DNA of 51,975 bases, filler included, from Spirochaetales bacterium (GTDB lineage: Bacteria > Spirochaetota > Spirochaetia > Treponematales > UBA12059), in NCBI GenBank assembly GCA_016928955.1. It is 2 parts of 2 records of this genome, joined end to end, with 100 filler letters (N's around TTAATTAATTAA, not from the genome) between each part and the next. Parts side by side here need not be neighbours in the genome. Positions count along the whole stretch, not along the records: positions 25,613 to 51,975 come from JAFGJV010000030.1; 1 more part is not named here. One strand, 5' to 3'. Every line of letters starts with the position of its first letter. Within the stretch, counting starts at the first letter, position 1. The translations under genes were made by a program, and so were the position numbers. Positions 45,366 to 51,975 of the stretch are shown here, one piece after another. Below the pieces are notes generated by a model. The model saw only the letters and a program-made list of their open reading frames with translations. It did not search any database and was not told the origin of the DNA.

Positions 45366-47237
45366 ATGAAAAACGTGTTTCTGATCATGGCGGCGCTGCT
45401 TGCCGCCCTGGCCTTCTCCTGCAACCTGAACGGCCCCGTCGTGGGGCAGACCCTGGCCGACGAAGGTATCGTCGAGTCAACGGTCAGCATGCCCGAGACC
45501 CTGAGCGCCGAAGGCCGCTACATCGTGGCCTTCAAGGACGAGCCGACCGCGTCGACCCGCTCCATGGTCAGCGCCAAGGGCGTCAGCATCAAGCGCGAAT
45601 TCAAGATCGTGAACGCGTACGCCGTCCAGGTCCAGGACCGCGCCGCCCTTGAGGCCCTGGCAAGCGACCCGAGCGTGGCCTACATCGAGGAAGACTACGT
45701 CCGCTATGCCCTGAGCGAGACCGTGCCCTGGGGCGTCACCGCAGTGAATGCCCCCCAGGCCTGGGCAACCACCACGGGCGAGGGTGTCAAGGTGGCCGTG
45801 CTGGACACCGGCATCGACTACAACCATCCCGACCTGGCCGCCAACTACCGCGGTGGCTATGACTTTGTCAACAAAGACAGCGACCCCTTTGACGGCAACG
45901 GCCACGGCACCCACTGCGCCGGCACCATAGCCGCCCTGACCAACAACGACATCGGCGTGGCCTCAGTGGCTTATGACGTAGAGCTGTACGCGGTCAAGGT
46001 TCTGTCCGACGAGGGCTCGGGCTATTCGTCCGACATCCTGGCCGGTGTGGACTGGGCCGTGGACAACGGCATGCACATAGCCAGCATGAGCCTTGGCGGC
46101 GGAAGCTACTCCACCACGGAGAACACCGCCTACACCAACGCCTTCAACGCCGGCCTCCTCATCGTGTGCGCCACCGGCAACGACGGAGCCACCACCATAT
46201 CGTACCCGGCCGGCTACTCGGCCACCATGGGCATAGGCGCCGTGGATTCCAACCTGGTCATAGCCGACTTCTCTAACACGGGAACCGGCGTTGACGTGGT
46301 TGCCCCCGGCGTGGACGTCCTGTCCACCGTGCCGCAGGGCATGGGCACCGCCGCCAGCGTGACCTACGGAGCCCAGGTGCTGGCCGCCTCCGCCCTTGAG
46401 TTCAGCCCCCGCGCCACCCTCACCAAAGCCGCCGTGTACTGCGGCGACGGCACCAGTTCAACCATGTTCCCGGCGTCAGTGGCAGGCAACATAGCCCTGA
46501 TCCAGCGTGGCACCATCAGCTTTGCCGACAAGGTGACCGCCGCCATGAACGCGGGCGCTGCGGGCGTGATCATATACAACAACGTGTCCGGCCCCTTCTC
46601 CGGCACCCTGGGAGCCGAGGGCAACTGGATACCCAGCGTCAGCATGAGCATGGAAGACGGCGAGCTGCTCAAGGCCGCCGGCAGCCCCACCGTTACCCTG
46701 GCCATAACCGGCGCGGACTATGACGTGTACTCGGGCACATCGATGGCCACCCCGCACGCGGCCGCCGTTGCCGCCCTGGTCAAGGGAGCCAACCCCGCCC
46801 TGACCAACCAGCAGATCTGGGACATCCTCAAGGCCAGCGCCACCGACCTGGGCGCCGCCGGCTACGACACCATCTACGGCTCAGGCATTGTGAACGCGGC
46901 AGCCGCCGTGGACATGGCCCAGAATCCCGTAGAGCCCCCGGACGAGCCCGTTCAGGTGACCGACACCTTTACCGGCACCCTGAGCCAGTACCAGTACACC
47001 GACTATCAGATCGCGGTGGCCGAGGGCACCATCAGCGCCACGCTGACCTGGACCTACCGCCGCGCGTCCATGACCCTGGCCCTGTACAATCCGTCCGGCG
47101 TCAAGGTTGCCACGGGCACCAAGTCGCTCAGCTACAACACCAACGGCGTTGCCGGCACCTATACCCTGCGCGTGACCAATTCGTCGCGCCGCGCGTACAC
47201 CACCGGCTACACGCTGAAAGTGACCTACATGAAGTAA
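45366..47237 (+). CDS. S8 subtilisin-like lipoprotein protease (I9 propeptide, PA insert, PPC-like C-terminal domain)
   Basis: LAFSC lipobox; VLDTG, HGTHCAG, GTSMATPH; IALIQRG..SF..K PA domain. Confidence 0.95.
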   Translation: MKNVFLIMAALLAALAFSCNLNGPVVGQTLADEGIVESTVSMPETLSAEGRYIVAFKDEPTASTRSMVSAKGVSIKREFKIVNAYAVQVQDRAALEALASDPSVAYIEEDYVRYALSETVPWGVTAVNAPQAWATTTGEGVKVAVLDTGIDYNHPDLAANYRGGYDFVNKDSDPFDGNGHGTHCAGTIAALTNNDIGVASVAYDVELYAVKVLSDEGSGYSSDILAGVDWAVDNGMHIASMSLGGGSYSTTENTAYTNAFNAGLLIVCATGNDGATTISYPAGYSATMGIGAVDSNLVIADFSNTGTGVDVVAPGVDVLSTVPQGMGTAASVTYGAQVLAASALEFSPRATLTKAAVYCGDGTSSTMFPASVAGNIALIQRGTISFADKVTAAMNAGAAGVIIYNNVSGPFSGTLGAEGNWIPSVSMSMEDGELLKAAGSPTVTLAITGADYDVYSGTSMATPHAAAVAALVKGANPALTNQQIWDILKASATDLGAAGYDTIYGSGIVNAAAAVDMAQNPVEPPDEPVQVTDTFTGTLSQYQYTDYQIAVAEGTISATLTWTYRRASMTLALYNPSGVKVATGTKSLSYNTNGVAGTYTLRVTNSSRRAYTTGYTLKVTYMK

Positions 47238-47302
47238 GGATGCCACACGGTTCCGGCCGCACTGTCGCGGCCGGGACCGATGGCTACCGTTGCAGGAGAG
47301 TG

Positions 47303-47344
47303 GGCCGCTCCCGTTCCGTACAAGGGCCGGGGAGCGGCCTTTTT
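47303..47344 (+). terminator. Intrinsic terminator
   Basis: GGCCGCTCCC...GGGAGCGGCC-TTTTT. Confidence 0.7.
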
Positions 47345-47432
47345 GTCCGGCCGGCGGTCCTGAAAACGGCCGTCCGGCGGGGTATATTGTATAAACAAGC
47401 CTTGTGAACGCACGGGGCCAAGGAGTGCGTCT

Positions 47433-48350
47433 GTGGAACGTCAGCGCGACATACAGCTGTCGGAATGCGTGGACGTAAACGATCCCGCGTCGGCGCTCAG
47501 GGAGTGCCGTGCCCTGTGGTACGAACGCTGGCCGGCGGCGGGCTTCTCGCCGGTAGCCGCCCTGTTCGACAGCGTTCACGCCGTGTTCCGGGGCGCCTAT
47601 CCTGGCTATCATGCCTGCGACACCGACTACCACGACCTCCACCACACGCTGGCCGTGTTCGCCGCGTCCGCCCGCCTCTTGGACGGATGGTCCGAGGACA
47701 GGGGCCAGCCGCCGGCGGACGACCTGGCAGCCGACGTGCTGTCCGCGGCCCTCCTCCATGACGTGGGCTACATACGCAAGCGTGGCGAGGAAGGCTGTAC
47801 GGGCGCCCGCTTTACCAAAACCCACGTCATGCGCTCGGCGGATTTTGTGGCCGTCCATGCCAGGGACCTGGGCCTTGCGCGGCCGCGCCGCGTGGCCAGG
47901 CTGATATGGTCCACGGGGCTTGCCGGGGAGTATGACGACCAGGACTGGGAGTCGGATGACGAGCGCCTGGCCGGCGCCCTGTTGGCCAGCGCCGACCTGG
48001 TGGGACAGATGGCTGACCGCGCGTACCTTGAACGCCTTCTCTTCCTTTATTATGAGTTTCGCGAGGCCGGCTTCCCCGGCTATGAGACTGAGTTTGACAT
48101 ACTCAGAAAAACGCTGGACTTTTACCAACTGACCGTCCGCCGCTTGGACGAGTCCCTGGGCGGCATGCGCGCCCACGCCCGCGCCCACTTCCGCCTGCGC
48201 CGCGGCCTGGACCGAGACCTGTACGCGGAGGCTATGGAACGGCAGATGGACTACCTCAAAGGCATCCTGGCGGACAATTCCACGAACTTCCGGCACAAGC
48301 TCAGGCGCATGGATCTTGAGAACGTGCGGCCCCGGGTGGCCGTGTCCTGA
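47433..48350 (+). CDS. HD-domain metal-dependent phosphohydrolase
   Basis: YHDLHHT, ALLHDVGY, H..RS, ADLVGQMA; AAGGAG RBS. Confidence 0.85.
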   Translation: MERQRDIQLSECVDVNDPASALRECRALWYERWPAAGFSPVAALFDSVHAVFRGAYPGYHACDTDYHDLHHTLAVFAASARLLDGWSEDRGQPPADDLAADVLSAALLHDVGYIRKRGEEGCTGARFTKTHVMRSADFVAVHARDLGLARPRRVARLIWSTGLAGEYDDQDWESDDERLAGALLASADLVGQMADRAYLERLLFLYYEFREAGFPGYETEFDILRKTLDFYQLTVRRLDESLGGMRAHARAHFRLRRGLDRDLYAEAMERQMDYLKGILADNSTNFRHKLRRMDLENVRPRVAVS

Positions 48351-48528
48351 CGCTTGGCATCCCGGTCCGCGAGCGTCGCCCTTGATCCACGAGCGTCGCC
48401 TTAAAAACCCAAGGTGGTCTGGTCCGTCTTGTGGCGGGCTTAAAAATTTTTCCTTGCGTTTTCGGTATGACCGCGTTACAATTCCCTCCCATTTTCACGG
48501 CGAACTCCGGTTCGCCCGGAGGTAATTC

Positions 48529-50130
48529 ATGGTAAAGCGTTTCCTGACTGCCGCGCTTGCGCTCCTGTTGCTGGTTTCTTGCGGCACGCTCAAGCCCGCT
48601 GGCGACTTTGGCAGCCTGAATCATGGCGACGCCGTCCTTCTGTCAGACGGCCGCGCCAAGTATGTGGATATCCTGGCCTTCAATGACTTACACGGGGCCG
48701 TATACGAGGATCCCCTGGGCAAGAACGTGGGCATGGCAAAAATGGCCACCGTGGTCAAACGCCTCAAAGCCCAGAATCCAAACACCATCCTGGTGTCCGC
48801 CGGCGACAACTACCAGGGCTCGGCCCTGTCCGTGGTAACGCGCGGCGCCATCGTGAGCGAGTTCTTCAAGGCCATAGGCCTTGCGGCCAGCGCCGTGGGC
48901 AACCACGAGTTTGACTGGACCGACGAATGGTTCGAGGACTGGACCAGGGACGGCGGCTTTCCCTTCCTGGCGGCCAACATTGTGGACAAGCGCACCGGCA
49001 AGCTGCCCGAGTGGGTCCAGCCCTACCTGGTGGCCAAGATAGGCGGACGCACCGTGGCCTTTATCGGCCTGTCCACCCTTGAGACACCGACATCCACCAA
49101 GGGCGAGTACGTGGCCAACTACGAGTTCACCGATCCGGCCAAGGCCGCCCTGAAGTGGGCCAACTACCTGCGCGTCAACTACAAGCCGGACGCCATCATA
49201 GCCCTGACCCACATACCCAGCGCCATGGACGGCATAGACAAGGGCCAGGCCGTGTCCACGAGCCAGGCAAACGAGCTGTTGTCCGTTGCCCGCCACGGCG
49301 GGGTGGACGCCATCATCACCGGGCACAGCCACAACACGGTCAACGGCGAGCTCGAGGGCGTGCCCGTGCTGCAGGCGTCGTACAATGGCCGCGCGTTCGG
49401 CAAGATCCGGCTGACCTTCAAGGAAGGCGGCGGCGTGTCCCTGTCGGCAAGCCTGGTTGAGTTCTGGCAGGAGAAGGCCGAGCTGGTCCAGGACCCCGAG
49501 GTCCGCGGCATCATAGACGGCTACGTGGCCAAGTACGGCCAGCAGTTCCTCAAGCGCGTGGCCAAGGTGGAGGGCGAGCTGGCCCATGACCGGCTCCTGA
49601 CGCCCAACGTGTCGCCCATGGGCGCCTGGGTATGCGGCGTGCTCAAAAACAGGTACAAGGTAGACGTGGCCATCATGAACGGCGGAGGACTGCGCAAGCC
49701 TTTCCCCGCGGGCTACGTGGCGGTCCAGGACTTCTGGGACCTGATGCCCTTTGACAACACCGCCGTGGTGTTCGAGGCTACCGGCGCCGACCTGCGCGCC
49801 ATGGTCGACCACGGCATAGATTCCCTGGACTTTGCCAACGGCCAGTTCGCCGGCCTTGTGGTCAGGTACAACCCGTCCAGGCCCTACGGCCAGAAGATCG
49901 TGTCCATGACGCTGTCGGACGGCACGCCGGTCAAGGACGACCAGCTGTACCGCGTGGTCACCAACGACTTCATCTTCGAGGGCGGCGACGCCTACGCCAT
50001 GATGCTCCCCGCGGCCAAGAACACGCTGTACACCTACGAGCCCATCCGCGACGTGCTGATAGCCGAGGCCGAGAAGGCCGGCGTCATCGTGGCCAGGACC
50101 CCGAACTACCTCATACCCGTGGCCGACTGA
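48529..50130 (+). CDS. 5'-nucleotidase / UDP-sugar hydrolase family lipoprotein
   Basis: LVSC lipobox; NDLHG, AGD, GNHEFD, GHSH, NGGGLR, PFDN. Confidence 0.93.
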   Translation: MVKRFLTAALALLLLVSCGTLKPAGDFGSLNHGDAVLLSDGRAKYVDILAFNDLHGAVYEDPLGKNVGMAKMATVVKRLKAQNPNTILVSAGDNYQGSALSVVTRGAIVSEFFKAIGLAASAVGNHEFDWTDEWFEDWTRDGGFPFLAANIVDKRTGKLPEWVQPYLVAKIGGRTVAFIGLSTLETPTSTKGEYVANYEFTDPAKAALKWANYLRVNYKPDAIIALTHIPSAMDGIDKGQAVSTSQANELLSVARHGGVDAIITGHSHNTVNGELEGVPVLQASYNGRAFGKIRLTFKEGGGVSLSASLVEFWQEKAELVQDPEVRGIIDGYVAKYGQQFLKRVAKVEGELAHDRLLTPNVSPMGAWVCGVLKNRYKVDVAIMNGGGLRKPFPAGYVAVQDFWDLMPFDNTAVVFEATGADLRAMVDHGIDSLDFANGQFAGLVVRYNPSRPYGQKIVSMTLSDGTPVKDDQLYRVVTNDFIFEGGDAYAMMLPAAKNTLYTYEPIRDVLIAEAEKAGVIVARTPNYLIPVAD

Positions 50131-50315
50131 TCCCGTTCTGACAAGCGACGCGCCGGCGATAAAAATCTAACTTGCCGGCGCGCCGGAACGGGTGTACCCT
50201 GCGAGTCCTTCATCCCGCCCGCGCGCGGATAGCGCCACGGCGGGAGGGGCCCGGCCGGACCAATAAGACGCCGTCGACGCCACCGCCGGGCACCACTGTG
50301 TTCGGGAGACACCCT

Positions 50316-51788
50316 ATGGGAAAACGTCACCCCGTCCTTGCGGCCGTGCTGGCCGCCCTGGCCCTGGCAGCGGCATCCTGCGCCAATCCCCTGGTTAGCG
50401 AATTTGCCGGAGGCGCGCCCGGCGCGCCTGAAGCGGACGCGCGCGCCACCGGCAGCGTACGCGTGCGCGTGGTCGCGTCCAACCTGAGCTCGGGCAACTA
50501 CCAGGATTACGACCTTGGCCACGGCCTCCGCATCCTGCAGGGACTCAATCCCGACGTGGTGCTCATGCAGGAATTCAACTACAAGAGCAACAGCGCCGCC
50601 GAGCTCAAGGCCTTTGCCAACCTGGTGATGGAAGGGCAGGGCTACTACTCCATAGAGGGAGGGGCGGACATACCCAACGGCGTCATATCCCGCTATCCCA
50701 TCCTGGCCTCGGGAGAGTGGGACGACTCGTCGGTCACCAACCGCGACTTTGCCTGGGCGCGCATAGACATTCCCGGCTCGGTGGATCTGTACGCCGTCAG
50801 CGTGCACCTCCTTACGTCCAGCTCCACGGTGCGCAACACCGAGGCCAAGCAACTGGTGTCCTACATCAAGTCCAAGATCCCAACGGCCGCCTACCTGGTC
50901 ATAGGCGGCGACTTCAACACGGGCACCAAGACGGAGGCCTGCTACGCGACCCTGGCCCAGGTGGTCAGCACGGCCAGTCCCTATCCGGTGTGCACCCTGG
51001 GCGACCAGGACACCAACTCCACGCGCTCCAAGCCCTACGACGCCGTGCTGGCGGACGCAGACCTGTCCGCGTACAAGACGCCCGTGCTCATAGGGTCGCG
51101 CAGTTTCGCAAGCGGCCTTGTGGTGGACACGCGCACCTATACGCCCCTTACGGACCTGTACCCTGCCCTCAAGACCGACTCGGGCGCAACCAACATGCAG
51201 CACATGGCCGTGGTCCGCGACTTTGCCGTGCCAGCCGACGGCGTGCCCGATCCCGATCCGGATCCGGAGCCCGATCCCCAGCCCAGCGGCAACCTGGCCT
51301 TCCTCAAGAGTGACATGGAAGCAGGCGGGCCGGCGGGGCTCCCCTCTGGCGGCAGCATATCCACGGCCAGCTACTACGCGGGCCTGGCGTCGTTCCGCTA
51401 CCAGAAAAGCGTGAGCTCCAGCCTGACCGTGCCCATGACCAGCACGACCTTCAGCGCGCCCGGTAGCGCCACCAAGCTGAGCTTCTGGTTCAAGGGCTCG
51501 GCATCAGGCACGGCTCCCGGGCTCCGCGTCCAGGTGGCGGCGGGCGGCACCGTGGTAAACTACTACGACCTCAACTCCATCGTGTCGGGCACCACGCTCT
51601 ACCTCAATCCCACGGCCGGCGGCACCTACTCAACCAAGGCCATCAGCGTGGGCCAGTGGACCAAGGTGGTGCTCAACTTGAGCGGCGTCAACTGGGGCGG
51701 GCTGGACATCACGGCATACAAGTTCACCTTCCGCGTGCGCGCGCCGTCCACGCACGACTGGTACATAGACGACATACGCTACGAGTGA
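50316..51788 (+). CDS. Endonuclease/exonuclease/phosphatase-family lipoprotein with Asp-Pro linker and C-terminal CBM-like domain
   Basis: AASC lipobox; N, QE, SRYPI, H, GGDFN, YD and terminal QH motifs; PDPDPDPEPDPQP linker; ends WYIDDIRYE. Confidence 0.85.
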   Translation: MGKRHPVLAAVLAALALAAASCANPLVSEFAGGAPGAPEADARATGSVRVRVVASNLSSGNYQDYDLGHGLRILQGLNPDVVLMQEFNYKSNSAAELKAFANLVMEGQGYYSIEGGADIPNGVISRYPILASGEWDDSSVTNRDFAWARIDIPGSVDLYAVSVHLLTSSSTVRNTEAKQLVSYIKSKIPTAAYLVIGGDFNTGTKTEACYATLAQVVSTASPYPVCTLGDQDTNSTRSKPYDAVLADADLSAYKTPVLIGSRSFASGLVVDTRTYTPLTDLYPALKTDSGATNMQHMAVVRDFAVPADGVPDPDPDPEPDPQPSGNLAFLKSDMEAGGPAGLPSGGSISTASYYAGLASFRYQKSVSSSLTVPMTSTTFSAPGSATKLSFWFKGSASGTAPGLRVQVAAGGTVVNYYDLNSIVSGTTLYLNPTAGGTYSTKAISVGQWTKVVLNLSGVNWGGLDITAYKFTFRVRAPSTHDWYIDDIRYE

Positions 51789-51975
51789 ACTGAGCTTGGG
51801 CGAGCCCCCGCTGACCCGAAGGTTATTGGGGGCTCCCTGTAGATAACAAAGCGGCGGGGCGACGCTCGTGGCCGCGTACAAAAAAAGCCCCCGGCCTGAG
51901 GTCTCAACGACCTCTTAAGAGCTCCATTTTCCCTCATTCCATCACCTCCGACCGAAGCGCTTCCAAAAGAAAACC

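Overview
High-GC spirochaete-type bacterial DNA. The lineage is inferred from a Borrelia P83/100-family protein, Treponema-like CheY, fused PyrBI and an acetate kinase with a C-terminal extension. The window is two contigs joined by an artificial 100-nt linker (N44-TTAATTAATTAA-N44, 25513-25612), so left/right adjacency is unproven. The left part begins with the right end of an element integrated at tRNA-Thr(CGT): an IS256 end, a Xis-like gene, arm-type repeats, the displaced tRNA 3' half and two tRNA-linked repeats. It continues with kdd, a histone H1-like gene, tnaA, a degenerate hybrid sensor kinase, an HD protein, ffh, rpmB, cheY, an unlisted 30-aa bS22-like gene, a CNNM/CorC protein, an RlmD-like methyltransferase, a beta-propeller/HEAT protein, P83/100, pyrBI, a second H1-like gene, a Nudix hydrolase, a SWIM-SNF2 fusion and a palindromic MITE. 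The right part has an IS256 end decapitating a foreign ABC-exporter cassette, ackA, nif3, lspA, a five-gene GlpA-like/FGGY/alkyl-DHAP-synthase-like operon, a beta-barrel OMP, a liv operon, a GGDEF-ribbon-helix-helix fusion with operator-like repeats, and a protease/HD/5'-nucleotidase/nuclease cluster. The best candidates for undescribed biology are the GGDEF-RHH module, the putative ether-glycerolipid operon, the pseudo-kinase sensor, the tRNA-linked repeat array and recurrent leaderless promoters. All calls come from motif recognition by eye; no searches were run.
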